A DNA stretch of 64,000 nt from Octopus sinensis (taxonomy: Eukaryota), in contig NC_043004.1 in the NCBI RefSeq assembly GCF_006345805.1, positions 73,904,001 to 73,968,000 of the forward strand, read 5' to 3'. Positions 50,204 through 64,000 of this stretch are shown here, piece by piece (position 1 is the stretch's first letter; every line of letters starts with the position of its first letter). Under the pieces are notes generated by a model. The model was not told the origin of the DNA. It saw nothing but the letters and a program-made list of their open reading frames with translations, and made no database searches. Position numbers and translations under genes: made by a program.

Positions 50204-52956
50204 TAAAGGTGATAGTTTCTGTTAGATTCTTCATATTGCCTATGTAATATTCTAATTTATGTTCTGTGCATGATGTTCGTGAGCTCATACAGACTTAGGG
50301 TGAATACTTCATATTGTGGGGGAAAAGCTGTATGATATTAACATACCGTGTTCCTTATTCCCAGCTTCATTTTTAGTCCTTGTGGTGTGTTGGCTTTTGA
50401 GCCTCATTGACTCTACCGGCGCGCTAGCTCCTTGAAAGGCCTCTAATGTTAGATGGATCAAAGGATAGAAGATAGTGCCTTTTAGTACTATACAGACGTA
50501 TGTCTCAGTATTATGGCGTTCTTACAGTGTATCTACGTTATGTAGCATAACGGTGTACTAATATTGCTTCCGTCGCTAATAACTCACTTTTACCTTGCAC
50601 CCCAGTTACTTGCGACACCAAAAACTGATTAGTCCTTTTTTCTCTCTATCAGCAGAGACAAAATTTGGCTACTTGTGGTGATAATGGATATCTACTGCTG
50701 ATGACGTACAAAGATGCAAAATCAGGTGATCTACCTGTTCTACCGCCGATGCTGGGCATTTTCGTCCGCTACTGATACATCTATGCTTTTTGGCTCGATA
50801 AAACTGTACGATGTATCTTCTTATGACGAATACCACAGTATTATAGCATCCTTACAGTACATCCATATTAAAGAGGATATATGCATGCAAATATATGTAT
50901 GCGCGTATATATATATATATATGTATGTATGTATGTGTGTATATATACACACACATTACATGCATATACATATATATGTGGCCTATAACAGCAACTAATT
51001 AAGGTGGTGGCGCCTTTTTCATCGTGGGTTGTGGTCTCTATCTACACCATTTTATTGAACTAAATACACAGTTCTTTGTATCTACGAAATAAATCATTGC
51101 TTTGTAAATTGTTTCCAAGGTCAACCGAAACTGAGCAAGACCTAAGGCGAAAGGCCTTTTAGCTATAATAGTCTCTCCTTCTTGTTTTAAGAATAGTATG
51201 TCTATGACTGCGTTATCGTTCCTCTTGTATTTCTATACGGCGAAAGTATTTTATTTGATGCAGATTTAGCTGCTAAATGCCTCAGGTCGAACAACTGTAT
51301 GTGGGCTACCCGTTGTATACTAAGATCAGAAGTCCTTTGACTTGCAAGTCAAAGTTAGTTTGCCTATGGTGTTGCTTTATGATCTCTGGAACAGTTCCAG
51401 AGATCATAAGTAACACCATTAGCAAACTAACTTTGTCTTGTGTTATCATTCTGAATTTAAAATACGAGAAGTGGTTGTTTTGTCAATGGTAGAATACATT
51501 ACCGCGGTGTTATAATTCGACGAGATATTTTCTCTATAATGTCTTTTGTTTCTACTTTCAGTTAACTCATTATATTTATCTCTTATCTTAAGCAACCGGG
51601 GAATATGCTAAACAGAGTTTATAAACATGGTTTTCCGGGTTCACTGAACTGAATGAGTTATAGGCCCACAACGTACGCTGCTCCATTACTCGTAACCAAC
51701 ATTAAGGCTATTCGATTAAATGCTGGCTGAGATCGGGGATACGGATAAGGAAACTCGATGACTGCTAACAGAAATTTCAACAGCAATGAAAATGGCCGCC
51801 GCTGTCTAAACTTAAGACATCGATTCAGTCGTTTGACTGTCGCATTTTATCCCGTAGATAACTTCTACTAACAATACTGCATTGAAGTGCATCCATGGCT
51901 CAAGTGTTCATTCATGAGGCAAATAGCCCCATGAGAGGTGAAACTCTGATGATCAAGGGTTGCACAGATTTACCGCAACAGAAAAAGATGAAAGGCTTTC
52001 TGCTAATCACTCAAAAGTCTTGCATGATGTTGTTAGAAAAAAATTAGAAGAGCAGTATCATTGATAACCAGATAAGTCTATCTTGGAATACCAGCTAGTT
52101 TTCTAGCTTTATATTTTACACTGTAAAGAGTTTGCTTTTGAAATCCAGGATCAGGAGATAACAAACTACCTAATGCATAGCGGGATAGCAAAGCAGATAA
52201 AACATCTACTTATGACGACTGATGCAAGCTCGGTGAACTTAACACCGATGATGCATTTCTCAGTTTACACTGATGTGGAAGGTGTACTCCCTTATGATAT
52301 AAATGGATGCTGAATGAATGTTCTAGTGAAAAATTCTATAAAAAAAAAAAGAACGAAAGAAAAAAAGAAGGATAACAAATGATCTGGAACAGATAAAAAA
52401 TATGTACTGTTGTAGAAATCAGTCGTTCAGCAGACGTTAACATAATACGAAAGAAAAAGAAAATATCGATGCTAAACTAATGAGAATTACACAGAGAGTG
52501 CACCTGGATTGATACCTGTAATTATAGAAGTAGTTAATTATGCAATTAACTGTCTCAACATCGGTCTCAAGCATCCGGGATTCATAAAATGAGAAAAGAC
52601 AAAACTAGGTAAGAAATCAGTTACATTCCATTAACAGAGATATGAAAATAGGTTAAATAACATTCCAGAGGTTTAGCCAATAATAAGTGCATAGAGTATA
52701 TACAAATATATGCATATGTGCACACACATAAATCAAAACATACATCTCTATACATGTAATAATATGCACGCATACACACTTACATGAACACACATACATA
52801 TAAAGATACTTAAATAAATAAATCACTACCAAGTTGATGTTGCCTGACTTTCAATGAAGATTGACTTTCTCCATTGATGAGAAAAAATAAATTCAACTAG
52901 AACAAACATCCGTACATAGATACATTCATGCATGTATATACATATATACTACTATA

Positions 52957-53025
<69 letters not shown>

Positions 53026-53285
53026 CTATTTTATCACAACCGGTCCAGATGCCTTTAATATTATACCAAAATACATGAAAACGGAAATAGATCCCATAAA
53101 ATTCAAAAGTTCTCTGGACAAATTTCTCCCCAAAATCCCGGAACAACTTCCTACACCCAGATTTATCTCCAACAATAATAATTCTTTGGTAGAGTAGGCC
53201 ATGGACTCCCATATATAGGACTTCACCAGATGGAGCTATTAAGTTAGATATGGCCTGGGCCTATACTGGCCGAAACCTATCTAAG

Positions 53286-53290
<5 letters not shown>
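53026..53290 (+). mobile_element. CR1-like LINE 3' end
   Basis: GPDAFNIIPKYMKTEIDPIKFKSSLDKFLPKIPEQ..NNNNSL resembles the CR1 ORF2 C-terminus; stem-loop GGCC-TATACT-GGCC and (TATC)n tail. Confidence 0.75.
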
Positions 53291-53345
<55 letters not shown>

Positions 53346-53347
<2 letters not shown>

Positions 53348-53750
53348 AGTGGCTGTGTGGTAAGTAGCTTGCTTACGAACCACATGGTGCCGGGTTCAGT
53401 CCCACTGCGTGGCACCTTGGGCAAATGTCTTCTACTATAGACTCGGGCCGACCAAATCCTTGTGAGTTGATTTGGTAGACGGAAACTGAAAGAATCCCGT
53501 CGTATATGTATATTTATGCATATGTATATGTGCGTATATTTTTGTGTGTCCGTGTTTGTCTCCCCAACATCGCTTGACAACCGATGCTGGTGTGTTTACG
53601 TCCCCGTAACTTAGCTGTTCGGCAAAAAAGGCCGATGGAATAAGTACTAGGCTTACAAAGAATAAGCTCTGGGGTCGATTTGCTCGATTAAAGGCGGTGC
53701 TTCAGCATGGCCGCAATCAAATGACTGTAACAAGTAAAAGAGGTAAAGAG
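53346..53750 (+). mobile_element. CORE-like SINE, full length
   Basis: Family motifs. Confidence 0.9.
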
Positions 53751-53754
53751 TATA

Positions 53755-54125
53755 TGTATGCACACACACACACACATACATACATACATACATACATTCA
53801 TACATACATACATACATACATACATACATACATACATGCATGCATGCATGCATGCATACATACATACATACATGCATACATGCATGCATGCATATATACA
53901 TACATACATACATACATACATACATACATGCATGCATGCATGCATACATACATACATACATATATACATACATACATACATGCATGCATGCATACATACA
54001 TACATACATACATACATACATACATACATACATACATACATACATACATACATACATACATACATGCATACATACATACATACATACATGCATACATACA
54101 TACATACATACATACATACATACAC
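53755..54125. repeat. (TACA)n with TGCA interruptions
   Basis: Direct reading. Confidence 0.95.
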
Positions 54126-54189
54126 ACTGACACTGACTGACTGACTGAAAAAGTTGTATGCAGGCATCCACAATGAAGAATCCTTAATA

Positions 54190-55320
54190 ACAATCCTTTC
54201 TATTTTAAGTAAAAGACCTGAAATTTTGAGTTAGGGACCTACGTAGTAAGTTACATCACCTTCCCCCTCCCCTAGTGTTCAACTAGTACTTATTCTATTG
54301 ACCCCTAAAGGATGAAAAGCAACGTTGACCTCGATAGAGTTTTAACTCAGAACGTAAAGACAGAGGAACTGCCGCTAAGCATTTTTCCCAACGCGGTAAC
54401 GATTCTGCCAGTTCGCTACCATAGTAACGGTTTCAAATTTTGGTTCAAGGCCAGCAATTTGGGGGGGAGGAGTAGAAAATTACTTCGACCCCGGTTTTTA
54501 ACTGTGATTATTTTATTGACCTCGAAAGGGTGAAAGACAAAGTTGACCTCGGCAGAATTTGAACTCAGAACGTTTAGCCGGAAGAAATGCTGCTAAAGAT
54601 AACGATTCTGACAGCTTGTCCGCCTCAATAATAACCTTGAATAGCAACACAAATAACGCGAACAACAACAGGAACACCAGAGACCAAGAAATAGTCCTTT
54701 CTATTATAGTCACAGTGGGACTCGCGGTCGGAGGATCGCGGTTTCGATTCCCAGACCGGGCGTTGTGTGTGTTTATTGAGCGAAAACACCTAAAGCTCCA
54801 CGATACTCCGGCAGAGGGTGGGGGAGCGACCCCTGTTGTACTCTTTCACCCCAGCTTTCTCTCACTCTTTCTTCCTGTTTCTTGAGTAATGCTGCGATGG
54901 ACTGGCGTCCCATCCAGCTGGGAGGAACACATACGCCATAGAAACCGGGAAACCGTACCCATGAGACTGGCCAGGCTTGAAAAGGGTGCATAAATAAAAA
55001 TTATAGTCACACGGCTTGAAATTTTAGGAGTAAGTGCTAGTTGATTATATCGACCTCAGAGTACAACTGGTACTTATTTTGTCGACCCTGAAAGGATGAA
55101 AAGCAAAGTCTACTTCGGCGAATTTAAACTCTGATCATAAAGACGGTGAAATGTTGCTAAGGATTTATCCGCCCTACTAACTATTCTGCCAGCTCACCAT
55201 CTTGAGGGAATAAGGAATATTAATAGCATCAAATTTTGGCACAGGGCTTGTAATTTAGGAGGCGAATGCAAACCGATTACGACCTCAGTGCTCAACTGGA
55301 ACATATTTTATCGACTCCAA
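54190..55320 (-). mobile_element. Cluster of co-oriented Deu/Nin-like SINEs (54190-54420, 54430-54628, 55005-55202, partial 55230-55320)
   Basis: Family motifs in each. Confidence 0.8.
54716..54995 (+). mobile_element. tRNA-Arg-derived SINE, 5' truncated
   Basis: Aligns with 3410-3685. Confidence 0.85.
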
Positions 55321-55552
55321 AATTATGATCCTGGCAGAGTAGAGATGCAAAGATGTCCCTCAGTATTTTGACCGATGTGCTGACGACTCTGTCAACTCTC
55401 TGCCTTGAAAGAACAAGAAATAGCGGTAACCAAAGCAACAAGGCCGCAGACGACAGGCATTCACAACAACAAAAACAACATCAACGACAGCAACTATAAT
55501 AGCAGCAATATCAGATAGCAACAATAATATTAGCGACGACGGTAAGACCAAA

Positions 55553-56174
55553 TATTCTTTTCTACTCTAGGTACACGGTCCGAAATTTTGAGGGAGAGGG
55601 ATTCAGTCGATTAGAGCAATCCCATTACGTGACTAGTACTTAAAATTTATCGATCTCGTAAGGATGATAGGCAAAGTCGACCACGGCGGAATTTGAACTC
55701 AGAACATAAAAACAGACGAAATACCGTTACGCATTTCGCCCGGTGTGCTAACGTTTCTTATTTCTTTATTGCCCACAAGGAGCTAAACATAGAGGGTACA
55801 AACAAGGACAGACAAATGGATTAAGTCGATTACATCGACTCCGGTGCGTAACTGGTACTTATTTAATCGACCCCGAAAGGATGAAAGGCAAAGTCGACAT
55901 CGTCGGAATTTGAACTCAGAACGTAACGGCAGACGAAATACCTATTTCTTTACTACCAACAAGGGGCTAAATACAGAGGGGACAAACAAGGACAGACAAA
56001 CGGATTAAGTCGATTACATCGACCCCAGTGCCTAACTGGTATTTAATTTATCCACTCCGAAAGGATGAAAGGCAAAGTCGACCTCAGCGGAATTTGAACT
56101 CAGAACGTAACGGCAGACGAAATACCCCTACGCATTTCGCCCGACGCGCTAACGTTTCTGCCAGCTCACCGCCT
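55553..56174 (-). mobile_element. Deu/Nin-like SINE trimer (tail-A dimer joined to a tail-B copy)
   Basis: Three bodies; junctions at GGTATTTCGTC and AGAAACGTTAGC. Confidence 0.85.
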
Positions 56175-56716
56175 TAAAAGAACAAGAAATAACGATAACC
56201 AAAGCAGCAAGGCCGCAAAATACAAGCATTGACAACATCAACAACGCCAAAAAGAACATCAACAACAGTAACAATAATAGCAACAACAATATTAATGACG
56301 ACGGTAAGAGCAAATATTAACAGCAACATCAGATAACAGCCCGAGTCAGAGAAACAATTGGAACAGTAACAACAATAACTGCCAGCATCAAATGGTAATA
56401 AGTTTGGGGAGAAGGGTCTCGGTGTACTTGCTGGGCCATTTCCGGACACCTGCTGGTGTGTTATGTTTTATTCGTTTCACATAAATGTGTGGCCAATCGC
56501 GCTGCGTTCAAGGTGTGATACAGGTTGGCCGGAAGCTAGGTTATCTCACTTTACATTTCATCTCATCCCTCGTGCAAAGGGCAAGAAATATCTTTTACTT
56601 TTCTTTGTTTTTTTTTTTAGAAAAAACGCCATCAGCTCTGATATATTCGGAATATATTAACATTGCTGTTAACATTTTCCTCTTATTGGTCTCTGTTTGA
56701 TGGCTGTCTATCTCTC

Positions 56717-56771
<55 letters not shown>

Positions 56772-56772
<1 letters not shown>

Positions 56773-57235
56773 ATTTGTCTAGCGAATGTTTTAAAAAAAG
56801 ATGGGTGAATGTAGCAAGAATGGCGCGTATGAATGACGAAGCCACCTTGAGCATGATCCTATGAACCCAGAAATTGAAAACAGAGAGTTGCTTATTCGCA
56901 AAAAAAAAAAAAAGAAATATAACATGTGACTCCATTGACCGAGGTTACCGTGGTCTTTTCCGTATGCTTTTCTTTCCACGGGTAAACCTCACCTGTCCTC
57001 CCCTTTACACTTCATATTGACATTTCTGTGATAACGATCCCTATTGATCAATTTTTTTTTTCCTCTCCCCCTTTTTTTAACCCCCCTTTTTTTGTCCTCT
57101 TTCTCTCCTTTTACGATCCCTTTTGATCGAAACTCCCCCTTCCTTTTTTTTTTTTTAAACCTTCAAAAGAAAAGCTCTACCTTGTAATTTGTTCTATCTG
57201 TGTGCAGCCCTGTGTGGCTAATAAAGAAACATATC
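56772..57235 (+). mobile_element. Tx1/L1-like LINE 3' end
   Basis: LSSECFKKRWVNVARMARMNDEATLSMIL-stop (56862-56864), pyrimidine-rich 3' UTR, AATAAAGAAAC plus (TATC)n. Confidence 0.55.
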
Positions 57236-57241
57236 TATCTT

Positions 57242-57277
<36 letters not shown>

Positions 57278-57432
57278 CTTATCTATCTATATATCTATCT
57301 ATCTATCTTTCTATCTATCTATTTACCTCTCTATCCATCTATCTTTCTATCTATTTACCTCTCTTTCCATCTATCTTTCTGTCTATCTATTTACCTATCT
57401 ATCTATCTATCTATATATCTATCTATCTATAA

Positions 57433-57501
<69 letters not shown>

Positions 57502-57924
57502 AATCTATTTATCTCTCTGTTCTCGGTCTGTCAATTTAGCTAATTCATGTCTATCTACCTCTCAGTCTATCATTTTTGCCAATTTGTGTGTGTGTGTGTG
57601 TGTGCGTGTGTGCTGTTATTTAGTCCCAGATCAACAGACTTATGATGAAACGCATTCTAGGTTGAACAACCTCTCTTTTTTTCTTTCTCCTAAAGCTAAC
57701 CACACATGTACATTACCCAAAATATATCTCAAAGCCTATGAAATAAGCCATCTATCTAAAAAAAAAACCGATACAGCGCAGTGAATAAACTAGGACAGTT
57801 ACTGCTACAGAACAAAATAAAAGAGGCTGGGCAAAGAAGGAGCGACTAAATGGCTACTCGACCTTTTCGTAACTTGCATCAGATCTCTTTTGAATCACAC
57901 CTTACTGTGGTTTTTAAAGACAGA

Positions 57925-58102
57925 AGCATGGATGTGTGGTTAAGAAATTCACTTTTCCACCATGTTGCTTCATGTTCGATCTCACTGCGCAGCACATTGG
58001 GCAGGCCAACAAATGCTTTGTGAGTGAGTTCAGTAGTTGGAAACTCTGTGGAAGTACATCGTATATTTTTGTGTGTGTGAGAGAGAGAGAGAGAGAGGGA
58101 GA

Positions 58103-58148
<46 letters not shown>

Positions 58149-58246
58149 AGACCAATGCTTCACAACCATTGCTGGATTATTTCCGTCCCCGTAACTTAAT
58201 GGTTCGGCAAAAGTGACTCAATAGAATAAGTACCGGGCTTTATAGT

Positions 58247-58293
<47 letters not shown>

Positions 58294-58350
58294 AGGAAAA
58301 GAAGAAGTCCTGGGGTCAATCTTTTCGGCTAAATCCTCAAAAGCGGTGCC
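57925..58350 (+). mobile_element. CORE-like SINE, diverged, with (GA)n and (AAAG)n expansions
   Basis: Family motifs. Confidence 0.7.
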
Positions 58351-58462
58351 TAGAAAATGCAAAATAGTCGATAGTGGAAAGCTTCAGAGCAAGGCTGGTT
58401 CGACTTGGAAGTTAACCATTGATACATTCAGAAACACTTTCACGATTGTATACACACATACG

Positions 58463-58497
<35 letters not shown>

Positions 58498-59233
58498 GTA
58501 CATAGAGAGGGAGCTTATTATCCCATATAGCCTTGCTTGCTTTTTGTTTAACATTTTCCCGTATTTTAGTTAGATATTTAAACTAATGCCCAGGTCTCCT
58601 ACTTATCTAGCAGGTTGTGTTGTTAAGTCTCATATAAAACCAGTTGCAATGTGACGTGTTCAAACATATACGCCGAAACCACACAGACGCACACACTCAA
58701 GCTCATGATCACTCATTTATATATATATACATGCATTAAAAATGAATAGCTGAAAGATGACAAATTAGCGATGAAGTACACTTTTTTTAAATATAAGCAT
58801 CAAACAAAAGTGGTTCCAATGCCGACACTGGCCTCCGTATTTATTTATTTATTTATTTATTTACATATTAATTAATTAATTTAGTTAGTTATTGTTTCCT
58901 AGTCTATATCAATGTTTAGATGGATTTTATTTATAATTGTATGTGTTCGTATGCATGTATGTATGCATGTATATTTGTATATTTATATGTGCATGTGTGT
59001 TTTGTGCATCAGTGTATGTGTTTATGCTCTCCTCCCCCACCGCACCGCTTTGCTTGATAATCAATGTTGCTTTGCTTACATACCTATAAATTAGTGGTTC
59101 GGCAAAAGAGAGTGATACAATACGAACCGACCTTTAAAATAACTAAAATAACAACTGGGGTCCAGACTAAACCCTTCAAAACAATGTCCAGAGTCCAATA
59201 ATGAAACAAATATAAAATTATATATATATATAT

Positions 59234-60875
<1,642 letters not shown>

Positions 60876-61054
60876 CATACATACATACATAATATTGTAA
60901 ATGTAGATATATTCAGAAATACTTTCACCAACACACACACACACATATGCGCGTGCACGAGTACAAACACACAAAAAAATCTTCGGTGCAATAGTTTCGA
61001 AGTTCGGTCCCAGGATGTGGAGACACAATTTTGTGATACTCAGTTCGACATAGA

Positions 61055-61490
61055 GTCGCAGGCGTGGCTGTGTGGCAAGAAGTTTGCTTCCCAACCACAT
61101 GGTCCCGGTTTCATTCCTAATGCATGGCATCTTGGATAAGTGTCTACTACTATAGCATCGAGTCGACCAAACCAATGTGAGTGGATTTTGTTGACGGAAA
61201 CTGATAGAAGCCCGTTATATGTATGCATATATATATATATATACACATACATAAATATGTGTGTGTATGTGTATGCCTTTGTGTCTGTGTTTGTCCACTC
61301 CTATCATTTGATAACCGGTATTGTTGTGTTTATGTCCCCATTTTTTTAGCGGTTTGTAAAAGAAACCAATAGAATAACAGGCTTCAAAGAACAAGTCCTG
61401 GGATCGATTAATTCGGCTAAAAATTCTTCAAGATGATGCCCCAGCATGGCATCATCCTTAATGACTGAAACAAGTGAAAGATAAAAGATA
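61055..61490 (+). mobile_element. CORE-like SINE, diverged
   Basis: Family motifs. Confidence 0.75.
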
Positions 61491-62169
61491 TCTAATCGGA
61501 GGACAAACCAAAATTTTGACAAAGTAAAACCAAAAGGAAAAAAAGAAGAAGAAACACAATCAACAAAACATTGCAGCTTCTGGGAAAGCCCCTGTTACGT
61601 CGACTGACGGACGTGGTGGGATGGGAATAATCGGGAAAGTGGGGGTGCAGTTTAAGACGACTATGATCAGAAAATTCTAGAAAATCAGTGAAGTGTATCT
61701 AAAACGACGAATAATGTGCAGTCTACGACTTCGTTCATGCGTGAAAATCGTTGGAAGGAAAAAAGTAATGATTTGCTAATTGGGCATTAAGATGCGTGGG
61801 AGACTTTGTTGAGCTGAAAAAGAACAAATGGGTGAATTAGGAAGTCGTGGAATTCATGCCGTTTCCAATGTATCTTTTGCTTTAATGCTATTGTTATTTT
61901 TTTTTCAAATCTCGATCAGAGTCGGATTTTGATTGTCGATGCATGAATCATATTTTTTGTGCATGCAGAGATATTGTTCTTGTTTTTCTCTAAGTTTTAA
62001 CCCAATTGGTGAAGCCGCGTGGCCTTGTGGTTAAAGCAGTATATTTCAATCATATTTTTAGCTATGGATCCCTTTCATTCCTATTTTACCCATGTCATTC
62101 GATATTTTTTTTTTTTAATTCCTATAATATTTTAATCATTAATATTATTAGGAATTGTATATAAAAAGA

Positions 62170-62393
62170 CAATAAGAAAGGTGCGATGCAATTTGTAAAA
62201 GATTTATTTATTCAACGGTTTGAACGATATTTCAACCGATCGTCTGCCTTCATTCAGTTCAAAAGATGTTCCTGCAGTTGTTTTCATTTTACATTTTGAA
62301 CTTGAAAAAACAAAAACAGACGATCCGTCGAAATATCGTTCAACCGTTGAATAAATAAATCTATTAACAAATCGCATCGCGCTCTTCTTATTG
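62170..62393. repeat. Imperfect inverted repeat with hammerhead-like remnants in both arms
   Basis: Arms 62170-62264 and 62294-62393. Confidence 0.8.
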
Positions 62394-62460
62394 TGTGTTT
62401 ACCTTGGTGAAGAGTTACCTCAACTTTTATAAAACATCAAAATCAAGTGAATTGCATACT

Positions 62461-63325
62461 CTCTCTTTTTACTCTTTTTACTTGTTTCAGTCATTTGACT
62501 GCGGCCATGCTGGAGCACCGCTTTAGTCGAGCAAATCGACCCCGGGACTTATTCTTTATAAGCCCAGTACTTATTCTATCGGTCTCTTTTGCCGAACCGC
62601 TAAGTGACGGGGACGTAAACACACCAGCATCGGTTGTCAAGCAATGCTAGGGAAACAAACACAGACACAAACATATTCACACACACTTATATATATATAC
62701 ATATATACGACAGGCTTCTTTCAGTTTCCGTCTACCAAATCCACTCACAAGGCATTGGTCGGCCCGGGGCTATAGCAGAAGACACTTGCCCAAGATGCCA
62801 CGCAGTGGGACTGAACCCGGAACCATGTGGTTGGTTAGCAAGCTACTTACCAAACAGCCACAAAAATAATTATTAAAATATTTTGTGCATTGAAGAGGTA
62901 AAACCAATTTATTATCTTTTATCTTTTTTTATTTACTTGTCTCAGTCATTAGACTGCGGCCATACTGGGGCACTGCCTTGAATTTTTAGACAAATGAATC
63001 GACCTCAGTTCTTAATTTTTTTAAAGCCTGGTACTTAATCTATCAGTCTCATTTGACGAACCGCTAATTTACGGGAACACAAATACACCAACATCGGTTA
63101 TCAAGCAGTATTAGGGGACAAACACAAACATAAACACAATACACATAGATATACATACATACATATAGGGTTTCTTTCAGTCTCTGTCTACCAGATCCAC
63201 TCACAAGGCTTTGGTCGGCCCGAGGTTACAATAGAAAACACTTGCCCAAGGTGTCCCGCAATGGGACTGAAACTGGAACAATATGGTCGGTAAACAAGCT
63301 TCTTACCACACAGCCACGCCTGCGC
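62461..63325 (-). mobile_element. Two tandem CORE-like SINEs (62461-62861 and 62925-63325)
   Basis: Family motifs. Confidence 0.85.
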
Positions 63326-63677
63326 CTTTTGCAGATAAATCTTAACAACAAAATCTTGTGTGGACCCCAGTTGAGAACCAAAGGGTTGGTGTGTTTAGTT
63401 GTCACTCATAATGTCACAGGTTCGATTCTTGATGGAACTGCATGCCGTGTCCTTGAGCAACGCACTTTATTTTCTTCATTTCATATTCCTCATTTCCCTC
63501 AGCTGAAACTGAGTAACAACCAAATGCTAGCGCAGCGCTTTTTCCCTCCAGCTGACCGATTCTAAGTGCACCGGTGGGTGAAGTGCAAGCGGGTCTACAC
63601 AGTTTTTGTCAACTCCGATTACGTAGATTACATAGGAACTGTAAAGAACCTAGGAAAGCATAATACATGAACGAAGG

Positions 63678-64000
63678 CGCTGGCATAGCTGTGTGGCTAA
63701 GAAGCCCGCTTTGCAGCCGTGTGGTTTTGGGTTCAGTCCCACTGTGCAACACCTTGCGCTAGTGTCTTTTACTCTAGCCCTCGGTTGACCAATGGCTTGT
63801 GAGTGGATCTGGTAGACAGAACCTATGTGGAAGCCAGGTGCATATATGTGTGTGTGTGTGTCTGTCTGTCTGTCTGTGTTTGCGTTTGTGCTCCAGCCAC
63901 CACCTGAGAACCTGTGTTAGTTTGTTTATGTCCCCTACAGTTAGTGGTTCGGTGAATTAGTACCAGATTAAAAAATAGGGTTGAATTCGACTAACTTCTT
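63678..64000 (+). mobile_element. CORE-like SINE, diverged, runs off the window
   Basis: Head GGCATAGCTGTGTGGCTAAG and GGGTTCAGTCCCACTG. Confidence 0.7.

Noticed and set aside
50653-50725. Plus-strand exon candidate after TTTTTTCTCTCTATCAG
   Set aside because: Donor GTGATC is poor, the length is not 3n, and there is no homology.
53243-53285. Hammerhead-like GGCC-TATACT-GGCC-GAAACC-TA
   Set aside because: No CUGANGA core; better explained as the CR1 3' stem-loop.

Overview
AT-rich, microsatellite-saturated eukaryotic genomic DNA, very probably from an octopus (inferred from its tRNA-derived SINE families and repeat density). It contains a 100-N assembly gap at 27975-28074. Nearly all ORFs in the supplied track are translations of simple repeats or SINEs and are not genes. 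Supportable content: (i) about 50 tRNA-derived SINE copies in four families (Deu/Nin-domain-like, two CORE-like, one tRNA-Arg-headed); (ii) a dead mellifera-type mariner nested inside a second TIR pair; (iii) a dead Buster-type hAT transposase; (iv) CR1-like and Tx1-like LINE 3' ends, a Penelope GIY-YIG remnant, Helitron/Helentron-like and Tigger-like non-autonomous elements; (v) three short candidate exons, suggesting the window may be mostly intron; (vi) about 2 kb of unrecognised decayed coding-like DNA. The most notable signal is a set of ORF-less, microsatellite-embedded repeats carrying minimal type I hammerhead ribozyme motifs (Penelope/retrozyme-like). One is a ~360-nt tandem unit with a U3:A8 covariant core, and its second copy ends within 2 nt of the predicted self-cleavage site. 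All calls were made by eye with no searches run; repeat boundaries are approximate unless a TSD or TIR is quoted.
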